A stretch of DNA of 41,437 nt from Octopus bimaculoides (taxonomy: Eukaryota), in the NCBI RefSeq assembly GCF_001194135.2, contig NC_068990.1, positions 48,642,767 through 48,684,203 on the forward strand, read 5' to 3'. Positions within the stretch are counted from its first letter, which is position 1. The number at the start of each line of letters is the position of its first letter. The position numbers were made by a program, and so were the translations under genes. Below the pieces are notes generated by a model. That model saw nothing but the letters and a program-made list of their open reading frames with translations. It ran no database searches and had not been told where the DNA came from. Shown here in pieces: positions 23,918-36,064 of this stretch.

Positions 23918-24467
23918 CAGGGTTATTCAAAAAGAATGAACCAATTTCATTACGCAATATTTTAATAAGGAAAAGCAATAGAAAACTCCAGCTAAGTAAC
24001 AAGTATTTACTCACAATCAACTTTTATTTCCTGTCTTACACGTGTTCAATGTCGCCACCACCTGCAGCGTAGGCAACATCAATGCAATAAGACAATTCCT
24101 CCCAGATGCATATCAGCATATCATGATCCACTGAGTGCGTGATCCACCATGTGTGATTCTTTTCTTGTGGGGATATGTAAAAGATTGCGTTTATGTTCCA
24201 CTACTACCTACTAACTTCAATGACCTTAAACATCAAATAACAACAGTAATCAACTCAGTGAATTGTGATCTACTGATACACATCTGGGAGGAATTCTCTT
24301 ATCACATTGATGTTGCCCATGTTGCAGGTGGTGGCCACATTGAACACTTGTAAGACAGGAAATAAAAGTTGATTATGAGTAAATATTTGTGACTTAGCTG
24401 GAGTTTTCTATTGCTTTTTCTTATTAAAATATTGCATAATGAAATCAGTTCATTCTTTTTGAATAAC

Positions 24468-24471
<4 letters not shown>
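23918..24471. mobile_element. Tc1/mariner-superfamily MITE with 219-bp inverted arms carrying the transposase C-terminus
   Basis: TA flanks, arms 23918-24136 / 24253-24471. 24135-24353 reads ..FLWGYVKDCVYVPLLPTNFNDLKHQITTVINSVNCDLLIHIWEEFSYHIDVAHVAGGGHIEHL*, typical of maT/rosa-like (DD37D/DD41D) C-termini. Confidence 0.9.
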
Positions 24472-24515
<44 letters not shown>

Positions 24516-24577
24516 CATACATACATACATACATACATACATACATACATACATACATACATACATACATACATACA
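24472..24577. repeat. (TA)n plus (CATA)n microsatellite
   Basis: Directly visible. Confidence 0.95.
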
Positions 24578-24986
24578 CAGATATATTTTGTAAGGTGGTT
24601 GGTTTTAGGAAAGACATCCAGCTTAAAAACCCTGTCAAAACAGACAGTGAAGCCTGGTGTAGTCTTCTGCCTAGCCAGTTCCTGTCAAATTGTCCAATCC
24701 ATGCCAGCACAGAAAACAGATAATAAATCATAATATGTGTACAGCCAAATGGCTAAAAAATTTAATTCACAATCACAAGCTCTATCCCATTGTCTCTAGT
24801 GTTATACCCTTGGTCAACCCAAATCCATGTTTTACTCATATAAGCAAAACTGGGAGAACAGAAGTTGTGCAAAAAAGTTTACTGTAGGAACTGTACAAGT
24901 TAGTTACAGGACCGGCCTTGTCACATACTGTGTACTTAACACCTTTATGTCACTGTTGGAAAAAACAAGCAGTAATGTCACAACAC

Positions 24987-24988
<2 letters not shown>

Positions 24989-25048
<60 letters not shown>

Positions 25049-25070
25049 CGTGTGCGTGTGCGTGTGTGTG
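24989..25070. repeat. (GT)n microsatellite
   Basis: Directly visible. Confidence 0.95.
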
Positions 25071-25732
25071 TAGCAGCACTCTATATATTTCATACTTTAT
25101 GCAAATATACTGATAAAAAATCTTGAAACAGTGGTTTTCAGCTCAAAGAAACATATAAACATTTGCTGTTAAAAGGCATTATACATCTATACAAGATGTT
25201 TTCCTAAGATGAATACTACAGTTTCAAGGCTTTCAACAGTATACTTGCATTAAGTATGGTATACAAAATGTTATTTTGAATTACTATTGCTTCTGTCGCT
25301 AATAACACACACACACACACTTTTTCTATTCATGCCATCCTGAATTTTTCTGACTCCAGAGTGAACTAAATAAAAAGGTTATATGAATTCATTTGATTTT
25401 GACATGCATAAAGAATTACATTTCTCTTCACTTATTAGAAGCAGTTTCACATGACATTCATTCTTTCTTGCTAACTTGCACACACCCACTTACATGGACA
25501 CACACACACACACAAACAGATAGATACACACTCAGACACACCCATCCATATGCAATTAAACAAAAAACAATCTAAAAAGTTTGCAACTACTTACATACAC
25601 CACTTATAGAATGGTAGGGAGAGGAAGTTAAAATTACATGGAACAGAGGAAAGCATTTGTGAAAAATTTATCACTGTTCCTTCTGAGAGTTGAGTGAAAA
25701 TTCTATATCATTTTTTTACTATTTATATTGAG

Positions 25733-25960
25733 GAAAGGCAGTGAGCTGACAGAATTGTTAGCATATTGGACAAAATACTTAGTGGCATTTCTTCAAGCTC
25801 TGTATGTTCTAAGTTCAAAGTCCACTGATGTCAACTTTGCCTATCATCCTTTGAGAGGTTGATAAAATGAATGCCATTTGACCATTGGTGAGTGGGGGGC
25901 TCAATGTAATCAACTTACCCCTTCCCCTAAAATTACTGGGCCTGTACCAAAATTTGAAGT
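25733..25960 (+). mobile_element. tRNA-derived SINE, third family, near full length
   Basis: ggcagtgagctgacagaattgttagc...agttcaaagtcc...actttgcctatcatcc...ccttcccctaaaatt. Reverse fragments at about 22570-22730, 26410-26525 and 39245-39380. Confidence 0.7.
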
Positions 25961-26114
25961 TACTAATTGTATTGAGAAAAATGCATGGATGGAAGCACAG
26001 CCAAATGGTTAAGCGGCTTGCTTCACAATCATGAGAGGAAGAGTTCAATTCCACAGTATAGTACCTTGAGCAAGTATATCTTTTAATGGTCACTTCGTAT
26101 TAACCCAAACCTAG

Positions 26115-26340
26115 TGTTTTCCTGTCTTGCAAGTTACTTGGCAACCTCACTAGTGCTAGTGGCTCAAAACAAAAACCACCCAGTACACACAGTGAAGTGT
26201 TTGGTGTTAGGAAGGGCATGTAGCCATAGAAAACATGCCAAAACTGATGCTGGAGCTTGGCACAGCCCTGCAGCTTGCTAGATCATGTTAACTGTTTAAC
26301 CCATGCCAGCATGGAAAATATACATTAAATGATGATGATG
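26115..26340 (+). mobile_element. RTE-type 3' tail
   Basis: cctcactagtgctag...ttaggaagggcatg...acccatgccagcatggaaaa...(gat)n. Confidence 0.75.
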
Positions 26341-28112
26341 AATTGTTTGGAAGTACACCAGTTGGATTTTACCTGTACCTTAAAGGTTCAGCCTTGTAAA
26401 ATACTGATTTCAAATTTTGGCACAAGACCAGCAATTTCAGAGGAGGCTGTAAGTCAATTACATTAACCTTAGTGTTTAACTGGAACTTATTTTATCAACC
26501 CCCAAAAGATGAAAGGCAGAATTTCAGCCTTATAAAAAAAATCATGTCATGCTGATTTCAATTTGTGAATTATATTAGAGGCATATGCACTTGTGGAATA
26601 CTCAACAACTTACATGTTAATTAATTTAATTGGTGAGAAAATTAGTCAATTAAACAACTGAATGATCATTGTCAAAACCAAGAGAAGATCCATCATCAAT
26701 TCAGGAATGAATTTTACTTTAGAAATTAATTGAAAAACCTGTTGAAGTTACAATGTTATGATTTCAAGGACCAATCAGCAGGAATTTAGGTTGACATAGC
26801 AGTTTTATAAAATCTTTAATGTGAACAGACATAGAATTATTGTAATGCAATGAAAATATGAAATATAAAACATTTCAATTTTTGTAACGTCAGAAAAGTT
26901 TCTTATCAGATATATGTAATTTATTTTAATGATATATTTTCTTACACAAATTTTTTAACCCCATGTAGAAGTTGTATCTGGTTGTTATTTTAAAGCTGTG
27001 TATAAAAAATGTGACATACATGAATAAATTCATTGATGTTCAATAATTTAATCCATTAGTGTTCTATTCATTTTTATCCTATGTAACTTAATGAGTAAAT
27101 ATAAATCAATGTATTATTATGTTAATTACACTGACCATATTTAATTATACAGCCTAACTGAAACAGTGATTGTTTTCAATTCTTATATGGCATTTGCTTC
27201 CTATTACAGAAGGATATAGTGGATGTTAAGGTGTAGGGTTATTGATGGCATGGTCACAAGTTCAAGCCACAAACTGGTCCTTATGTTCCCATCATTTTCT
27301 TGAATAAAAGAGTACAATTGGCATGAAGTAGGGCAATGGGTTACTCTCATGCTCATAAATTTAAATTTTAAGATGACTACTACACAGTTGTTTCTGGCTT
27401 TGGATTGTGTGATTGACAACATATTTTAATCCTATTTCACAGCAACATGTTTAGCAATAGAAAGAACAGTCAGATGTAAAAAAATTTTAAAATCCCCACC
27501 CTTGCTATGAGTATGGCAGAAGAAAAAATTAAGAGGAAAGAGCTCAAAATTATAATTATTACATCTACATTTCCATGTTTATGGTTGCAAAACGTTTTCG
27601 GACTACACATTTGCAATTTTTTTTACTTTAATAGTGATGTGGGTTAGGATCATAAAGAATACAACTAATACTTCTCAAGCAGAAAAAAGTGAATCTTTCA
27701 TTTTGTTCATGCACTGCATACATGTACACAAATACATTTTTGCGTACAGACTTCATATTACAAGGTATAAATCTGAAGAAAAACTATTTATTTGAGATCT
27801 AACAAAGTCTGTTAATGGATAACCTTTAAAATTAATTATCTATCCTGATTTTTCAGTTACAAAAGATGAATGAAAACAGAGAAAATCTATAATTAGTTCT
27901 GAGCCAGAAAATTCCTTTAGTCCCCTCCTGTCACAACAAATTACTGTCTACAAAACTCAAGTGAGACACACAGTAGAGAACTCAGCCCACATCTGGGTTA
28001 GTGCTGCTGTTACATGCACACACACACATTCTAGACTACATCCAAAGTAAGGCCATTACCATAAGGTTACTCACAAACATGCCCTAACCTTTAACCATCA
28101 AGTATGCTGCCT

Positions 28113-28114
<2 letters not shown>

Positions 28115-28144
<30 letters not shown>
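28115..28144. repeat. (CT)n microsatellite
   Basis: Directly visible. Confidence 0.95.
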
Positions 28145-28147
<3 letters not shown>

Positions 28148-28299
28148 TTTGCTACCACTACTTACCACAGTGAGCTCTGCCTTTGTGAAGTGAACTGGTC
28201 TTTTATGCCACCTCCACTTAGGCACTCACTCATCTCTCCTCTTGTTATCTCTATTGTGTCAGCTTTCATCTCATCCCTGTTAGCCCTCTAAAATTTCAT

Positions 28300-28490
28300 C
28301 CTTGCATATGTTTTCTTGCAACACTTTAAGCAAAACATTATTGGCATTAGAAAAGGCATCCAGTTTCAGAAGCCATGCCAAAGCAGACAGTAAAGCTGGA
28401 CACAATCCTCTGACTTGCCATTGCTGCCAAACAGTCCAGCCCATGCCAGAATGGTAGGAGGACATTAAATGATGACAAAGAAGAGGATAA
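28300..28490 (+). mobile_element. RTE-type 3' tail
   Basis: ggcattagaaaaggcatccag...cccatgccagaatgg...gacattaaatgatga. Confidence 0.7.
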
Positions 28491-29043
28491 TAGTGATAAT
28501 GATTAATACCATTAATCTCACCAATCTCAGAGAATCTTCAAAAGTCATATACACAGCTTCTACCTCCAGATCAAACCAATTTTGAAAAATTCCAAAAACA
28601 ATAAAAATTCTTTGATATGACTTTATAACACTCTAATCAATACATGGGACTGAGCTGTCCATAAATATAGGGAAAATAGCTGAGTGTATGGTATATTATT
28701 TATTGAATGTTTTTCTCTTGAATAAACTTTGTTCTAAAATGTGCATTTAATAAAATTGTAACTATTTAATTCTAAAACCATTAAAATAAATTACTTTGCT
28801 ATGATTTTGTACCATGACATAATGTACACATAAGACTGCTTGTATGTAAGTATAGATAAAATAAATAGATGAATTTAGTATTGAGTTTTAAGTTTACAAT
28901 AATGTATTTTACTGAATATATTTTGTGCTGCTGAGAAAGGTGCCCAATGTCACAAACTTCAGCTGACATTGTTTACAATCCTTAAGGAAGACGCTGATAT
29001 AAATGGACGAAAAAATGTTTTAATGAATTGAAAATATTGTTAC

Positions 29044-29463
29044 CAGGGCCAGATTAAGACCCATATATGCCCTAAGCACTTGAAAGGTTTTGGTACCCCA
29101 CTATATATCTAATTCAAAATATAAACAATGTTAAACCATTAAAAAAATTTTACTTGTCGAAATGAAACAAAACTAACAGTAAGATAGAATATAAGGTTTA
29201 TTTTTGTATACTTCCATTTATTTATATTTGAAAAGTTTTCTACTTATTTTTATTAGTAGTCTTTAATGAGATCCTCAAAATTAATCTTACCTAACATAAC
29301 TGCTTCTATACTTAGTAGAGATAAGGTATCCTGAATATTATTTTAGCAAGTTTAAAGTAATTTCTTTTGTGCCATAAAACAATTACCATTTCTGTGGTAC
29401 CCCCACCCTTCCCTTGATGATTTAAGCATATGCTTATTTTGCCTAATGTTTAATCCAGCGCCA
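29044..29463 (-). mobile_element. 420-bp non-autonomous hAT element retaining the transposase dimerisation-domain C-terminus
   Basis: Perfect 8-bp TSD ATTGTTAC (29036-29043 / 29464-29471). TIR cagggccagattaa / ttaatccagcgcca. Minus-strand 29333-29256 reads QDTLSLLSIEAVMLGKINFEDLIKDY (compare L..LS.LSIE......I.F.D.I.DF). Confidence 0.9.
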
Positions 29464-29619
29464 ATTGTTACAGAATGCAACAAAATACATATTTACTATT
29501 TTTTTACCTGACAAAAAAAAAAAAAAAAAAAAAAAAAANNNNNNNNNNTAAGGGCTATTTTAATTTGGTCAAGCTCTTAAAAAATTTAATTATATTTCCC
29601 ACATACTTTTTTTTTTCTC

Positions 29620-29998
29620 ATTTAGCATCTACTCTTTCATGCTTGCATTGGTCAGACAGAATTTGTAGAGGCAGATTTTCTATGGCCAGATGCCCTTCCT
29701 GTTGCCAACCCTCACCTGTTTTCAAGCAAAGTAGTATTTTCTTATAACCAGACATGCTTTTCACAGAAGAGTAGAAATGAACAACATCGCTTGTATGACA
29801 GTGGTGCTTGTGTACCCTTGTCCATACATACACACACAGTATATGACAGTCTTCTTTCAGCCAAATCCCTTCATAAGGTTTTGGTCATCCCAGGGCTACA
29901 GAGGAGAAGACACTTGTCCAAGATGCTGCAAGTGGGACTCATCTCAAGACAATATGGTTGGGAAGCAAGTTTCTTAACCACTTGGCCACACTTGCACC
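29620..29998 (-). mobile_element. Full-length composite SINE with RTE-tailed right arm
   Basis: Reverse-complement match to 15295-15740. Confidence 0.75.
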
Positions 29999-30960
29999 AG
30001 TTTAATTATATTTGTTCATAATGCTGTGATATGTTAGGATTATATGAATTTTTTAATTATTGTGCATTTACCACAAAAGACACAGACCATGTGTTCAAAT
30101 CTAAGTGCTCGAAACTCAGACCATGCCTGACAATGTTAGTGGTTTTGAAAACTATTTGAAAATCATTGATCAGAGCCGGCCAAAACTATAAATCTCTTTA
30201 CTAATTCCTTATATTTCATAGGAGAAAATAACAGTATCAGATGTACAAACTATAACAAACTAATTCCCAACAATGAAAGATATTTTGCTTCTTTTAATAT
30301 GTTAAAAAGGTTCAACCAAATGTTCTCAGAAATATTCTGAAATCACTTTAACAAACTTAATCAACTATAACAAACTTAATCAATGCACAATGATAAACAC
30401 AGTTTTGTTACTAATTTCTTTCTTTCTCATTGTGTTTTGTTTTGTTTTTCTTCTGTGACTGATATTGGTTGATCAATGCCTTTAGCATTCATGTTGAGGA
30501 AAATTTGAATCAAACATGCAACACTGAATTATTAAGTCAAATAAAAATCCATCTCAATATGGCTGCTTCTATTAATGTCAACAAGCAAAACACAAATGTC
30601 ACCATATAAAAAGAGAAACACAAAAATAAATACAAAAATTAGATATGTCAAACTATTCAAAATCAAAAACAATAAATAAAATGTAGGAAAAGTATCATGA
30701 TATATGAGAAATTTGTATTTAAAGAAAGAATAGGGCTAACTATTAAAAATGTCACCAACCCCCATTCTAAATCTAAAATCATGCTAGCAGATTATTGTAT
30801 AGAATGAAGATTGCGATATTTCATAGATACTTATACAGTAAATTAGAATTCAAACATCCTATCTAAAATCTTCTGTGTCTATAATGAATTCTAATAAACA
30901 ATATGTTACATGTAAATAATATATGCATACATCTATATACTCACATACATACATACATAA

Positions 30961-31315
30961 GAAAAAGAAAAAGAAAAAGAGAACAACTACGCCAAGCTAC
31001 TGAGAAATTTGCAGATACTCCACCCAGACTACAAGTTCAGATTCATACCCGTGATTGTTGGGGCATTGGGATATGTAACAAACTGCCTCAACAAAAACCT
31101 GGAAAAATTAGGGTTCTCAAAACCTGAAAGAAAAAGGCTGATTAGAAGACTACAGATTCAAGCCATCAATGGAACTGTAAAGATATGTAAAACTTTCCAA
31201 AAATTTAGCACATAAATACATATGCATGCATCTAGACATAAAAATGCATCCATAAAACAAACATACAAATCTGCGCATACACTAACACCAAATACTGCAC
31301 ACACACACATACCAT
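30961..31315 (+). mobile_element. 5'-truncated non-LTR retrotransposon with a restriction-like endonuclease C-terminus (R2 superfamily; R4/Dong, Hero or NeSL-like)
   Basis: Open frame 30961-31215: EKEKENNYAKLLRNLQILHPDYKFRFIPVIVGALGYVTNCLNKNLEKLGFSKPERKRLIRRLQIQAINGTVKICKTFQKFST*. Contains the EK...Y..L and P.I.GALG motifs, followed by a short 3'UTR. Confidence 0.85.
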
Positions 31316-31327
31316 AANNNNNNNNNN

Positions 31328-31388
<61 letters not shown>
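31328..31388. repeat. (CA)n microsatellite next to an N gap
   Basis: Directly visible. Confidence 0.95.
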
Positions 31389-31391
<3 letters not shown>

Positions 31392-31639
31392 CATAATCAT
31401 CATCCTCACACATTATTTATCCTGCAAGCATTAATTAGATGGGTTTTCACAGTCCAACTCAGCTACTGCTATTTAAGACAGGTGAGGGACCATTTTTCAC
31501 AGTTTCACAGTTAAATGCACTTCTGAACATCCGTCAGTCATTCTAGTGTTTCTCTGTCTCAAAAATACACTTTCTTCTTTTATGAAGATGCATTCCTTTT
31601 CTTAAATTATGCAACATATATATATAAATAAATATAAAT

Positions 31640-31941
31640 AGCCACAGGTGTTGTTGTCTGGCAATAAGTTTGTTTCCCAAATACATGGCATCTTTGGCAA
31701 GTGTCTTCTACTGTGGCCTCACGTTGACCAAAGCCTTGTAAGTGGATTTGGTGGATGCAAACTGTGTGCATGTGTGTGTAACTGTCCTGACATCACATGA
31801 GAGTTGTAAATTAGTGCCACCATTATACAAGTGGTGCCCATTTCCGTTATTCTGTAAAAAAATGTCTGGTCATGGAGAAATATTACCTTATTTGTAAACA
31901 GGTGAAAGTTGACAACAGAAAAGGCATCCAACTAGAGAAAC
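31640..31941 (+). mobile_element. Degenerate composite SINE (RTE-tailed arm) with its 3' end truncated at the gag fragment
   Basis: ggcaagtgtcttctact...gtggatttgg...ggagaaatattacc...aggcatccaac. Confidence 0.65.
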
Positions 31942-31942
31942 T

Positions 31943-32473
31943 ACTAAGGTTGCTGAGCCAGAAGTAGTTGCTGTTGCTGCGCCATATTGTAATGCTCCAA
32001 TGTCTGGGTTTGAGTCTCCTGGGGTTCAAGGTAGCTGCATAGTCCCCATTAGGAAGAAGCCACAGGAATTTGATGGTAAAGTGTCTTGGGAAGCCTACAG
32101 AATCCAGTTTGAGATGCTGGCTGACCAGAATGATTAGGATGAGAGGCAAAGAGCCGTTCAGCTTGCCACCAGTTTGAAGGGGCCTGCACTGGAGGTGCTG
32201 GGCCAGCTGTCAAAAGTAGACAGGGGTCATTACTTGGCACTGGTAGAAGTTCTTCAGAGGAAATATGGCACTATGTGCCAGAGCGTAATGTACAGGGCAT
32301 GCTTCCACACCCATGTCAGGGCTAGAGGGGAGTCCCTACAGCAGCTTGCCCAGGACTTGGAGAGCACGTTGCATAAAGCCTACCCTACAGCTACCCCCAA
32401 CCTCTTGTCTCTTCTTTTGAAGGAACAATTTATAGATGCTCTGGACAGTGCAAATCTCAAGGTCCAAGTGAGA
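31943..32473 (+). pseudogene. Ty3/Gypsy LTR-retrotransposon gag (capsid) fragment
   Basis: 177 codons with one stop (TAG at 32135, at a normally conserved Trp): KKPQEFDGKVSWEAYRIQFEMLADQND*DERQRAVQLATSLKGPALEVL...GESLQQLAQDLE...AYP...EQFIDAL. GC-rich. No LTR or pol seen. Confidence 0.9.
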
Positions 32474-32885
32474 TTCAGTGCTACATCTAACACACATACA
32501 TGTACTACATGTAAGAAGCACAGTATTTTAAACAAAATGTCACCTTCAAACAATGGAAAATATTTTCATTAATCTCTTTGCATTTAACTTCTTCAAATCA
32601 TGCTAAGAATATCACATCAAAACAAGATCAGAAATTTAATTAAAAGTTTCTAATATTACAAAATATATAAGCTTCTAACATTAGAAACAGACAAGAGATT
32701 ATATTTTTCCCAGAAATTAGACAAGATAACAAAACATTAAATCTGGAAGTAACAAAAAGTCCATTCTGATATTCTATTCCTCAATTAGATATCACACATA
32801 TTTAAGAATGATTAGCACAAAGTCATTTTGTTAATAAAAGCAATAAAAGAACTGAAACTTTAATATCAACTGATCAGAGAATGTA

Positions 32886-32990
<105 letters not shown>

Positions 32991-33009
32991 CATACATGCA
33001 TGCATGTAC

Positions 33010-33240
33010 ATGTCAGTTGGTGTCTCCTCTTGATATCATAAGATTGCTGTGTCACCATCACACAAGCAGTGTCTTTTGTATCCATGACAGCATGCTCATT
33101 ACTAAGGAAATATTACTTTACTTGGAAACAGTAAGAATTGATGACAGGAAGGGCATCTGGTTGCAGAAAAATTCACAACAAATTCTGTCTAGCCCATATG
33201 GTCATGAAAAATTGGCCATTAAAACAATGGTAGTGATGAT
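33010..33240 (+). mobile_element. Right arm (RTE-tailed) of the composite SINE
   Basis: caagcagtgtc...ggaaatattac...gacaggaagggcatctgg. Confidence 0.6.
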
Positions 33241-33644
33241 ACATGCATATATCCATACATGCATACATAAATACATACACACAGGATGACAACTAGAGGA
33301 AAATGTGCTCAATGTTTTGAAACTGAAAGTAGTAGTTGTGTTTTGAAAAGTTTCATAGTCTCAAGGTTAATGGATCAAAATTATAGCAGATATAATTTTT
33401 CAGGCTATAACAGAAACTAAATGGCTTGAGAATAGTGTTGGAATAGAGAATGCAAATAGCCAGTCATTACGTCTGTGTTTGATTTTAAATGATATGTGGA
33501 CAAAATATTTCTTTCATATACCACACAAATTATTCATATTTCATTCCCATGTGATCCCATGTATAACCAATGAATCCTCCAGATTTTTTTCATATACTGC
33601 TATGTCAAGAAAACAACATTCTGCAGTAAATTAGGTTTATACAG

Positions 33645-33962
33645 TACAGTTTAATGATAGACTTATACCAGGGACTACCAAACGTAACATTGAAGATACA
33701 GCATAGAAGGATGAGGCTAGCTGAACACTGCATCAGACACCAATAAAATTGCTAACAAGCTAGTGCTCTGGTAACCAACAGAAGGAAGAACCAGGAGAGG
33801 AAGGAGGAAGACAACTTATATCAACAACTTGCTGGAGGATACTGGGATGGAAGGGGTACAGGAGCTGAGGACCATTATGGAAGATTGAGATGAATGGGGA
33901 AAATGTGTAAAAACAGTTTGGGGACGTCCTATGAGATGACCTAGATAGATTAATGATAGATT
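33645..33962 (+). mobile_element. 3' fragment of an RTE-clade LINE, family distinct from the (GAT)n-tailed one
   Basis: LYQGLPNVTLKIQHRRMRLAEHCIRHP / IANKLVLW*PTEGRTRRGRRKTTYINNLLEDTG...ELRTIMED*DEW, then a (TAGA)-like tail. Confidence 0.85.
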
Positions 33963-34304
33963 ATAAAGCAATATCTTTTATTCTTGCATACCAATAACAA
34001 GCCACGCATATTGGGCACATGTCTAAGTAATGCAAAGACAAGCAGAATTATTATAAGATATTTCTTTGAGCTTGAAATAAGCTATTGTATTTTATTAATA
34101 ATTAGATACAAAAGTTAGTGAAAATTGTTGAGAATAATAGTGGTTTACGTTTTTCTTCTTTTTATCAACTTCTAATGCAAAATCAATACAAATACACAAC
34201 TTTATGATTAAACCTCTTTGATTCACTCCAGGAGCCTTTGTGTTGTAATAGCCATTTTTATTCTTTTTATTTTTTATGATTAATGTTTGATTAAGAAATT
34301 TCAC

Positions 34305-34480
34305 TTGTAGTGGTACACCCTGTGCGGTGATGGCATTAGGAAGGGCATACAGCCATAGAAACCAAGCCAAAACAGACTATGGAACCTCGTGCAGCCCCTG
34401 GCCTTGCTAGTTCCTGTCAAACCATCCAACCCATGCCAGCATGGAAAACGGATGTTAAATGTTGATGATGATGATGATCA
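34305..34480 (+). mobile_element. RTE-type 3' tail
   Basis: ggcattaggaagggcatacagcc...acccatgccagcatggaaaacggatg...(gat)n. Confidence 0.8.
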
Positions 34481-34844
34481 ACTTAATCCTTTCCATTAGG
34501 TCAATCTACATTATTAAGTACGATTTACAATTCATATAGATAGATACATATGAATAAAGAAAAACAAAACAAGAGAATTTTACCTTTCTATACAAAGTGA
34601 AATTTCAAACTACCAAAAAAGACATTACACCTATCTTTTCAGCCATCACAGTCCAAAATCTTTCTTCACAGATTGCATAAATAAAATTAAACTTGTAGTC
34701 AAACAAATAAAATCAGACTATTTGCTATGAAGAATATATTTTTGATGTTACTTGTAACTTGCCTGAAGACCCTGTGTACCCACAGGCAAAAACTCAAAGT
34801 AACAAGAGACTTATTCAACTAAAATATAATATTATATATACATC

Positions 34845-34995
34845 TGTCTTTTACTTGTTTCAGTCATTGGACTGCAGTCATGCTGGAGCACCACCTTGAA
34901 GGGTTTAGTCAAACAAATCAATCCCAGTACTTTTTAAAGTCTAGTACTTATTCTACACAAACATACACAGGTATATATATAACTAAAGAAGCCCG

Positions 34996-35031
<36 letters not shown>

Positions 35032-35185
35032 CAGGCTTCTTTTAGTTTCCTTCTACCAAATTGACTCACAAGGCTTTGGTTGGCCAGGGGCTCTAGTAGG
35101 AGATACCTACCAAAGATGTCATGCAGTAAGGAGTGAACCCAAGAAGCAAGCTTCTCACTGATACAGTCATGCTCATGCCTGCATG
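34845..35185 (-). mobile_element. Composite SINE (non-RTE arm) with internal (TA)n
   Basis: Match to 8001-8462. Confidence 0.7.
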
Positions 35186-35884
35186 TGTGTGTGTGTGTGT
35201 GTGTGTGTGTGGTGTGTAAAGTAGAAGTGTGAGGCATAACTTTTAAACTGAATGTTACAAGCTAAAACAGTATTGTTTAATCATTTAATTTTATAAAATG
35301 TAAGATAGGCAAACTTATTTCTTTTTATAGGGCATTGATCTAATGAACAAAATTAAGGTTTAATATCAACTTAGGAATAACTGTTTAAAACTGGCATGTC
35401 AATTCCTAAAATGTAATGCAGACCTTGTCTTTTAGGTCAACAAAAAATAATTGTCCTTATATTCCTTCTGCTGTAATTGATCTTCAGGTGACAGAAAAGA
35501 AGTCCAACAACGCATCTAGATAATATTGCTACCTCAGCGTGAACATCAGAACTTGCTTGACAAGATTGGTACGCTGAACAATCCATTGGTGACAAGCAAT
35601 TGAAGAAAATTAAACTTCAACCAATCAAAGGACTTCATATGATAGTTTCTTTGTAAATATGATAAAATAAATTGGTAGTAAATTAATTTAACAACCAATG
35701 ATTGTAAAGAGCCACTCCCATGAGTCAATAAGCTTTAAATTCTATTAATTCCTTCAGTGTATTTATGTCACAGTAACTCAGTAAATAGTAGAATGCTAAA
35801 TTGTTGCCTTTAAAATGAACTCCAGCTGAAATCTAAGAAAGAAACATGAACTATTTTTTTTAGATAATATCTTATGTGAATTAG

Positions 35885-36060
35885 TGAAAGCATGTGGCCT
35901 AGGGACTAGAGTGTTGCACTCAAGATCACAAGCTCATGCTTTTAATTCCTAGACTGGTCAATACATTGTGTTCTTGAGCAAAACTTCATTCTTACATTGC
36001 TCCAGTTTGCTCAGTTGTAAATTAGTAATAACTGGGAAGTGAACCCTGCAACAGACTGGT
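35885..36060 (+). mobile_element. Degenerate copy of the 20355-type SINE
   Basis: gtgttcttgagcaaaac...ctcagttgtaaat. Confidence 0.6.
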
Positions 36061-36064
36061 GTAT

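Noticed and set aside
23619-24731. ORFs of 86-112 aa around the MITEs, and possible CRISPR-like repeat arrays
   Set aside because: The ORFs are driven by microsatellites and TIRs. No regularly spaced repeat-spacer array exists anywhere in this eukaryotic window.
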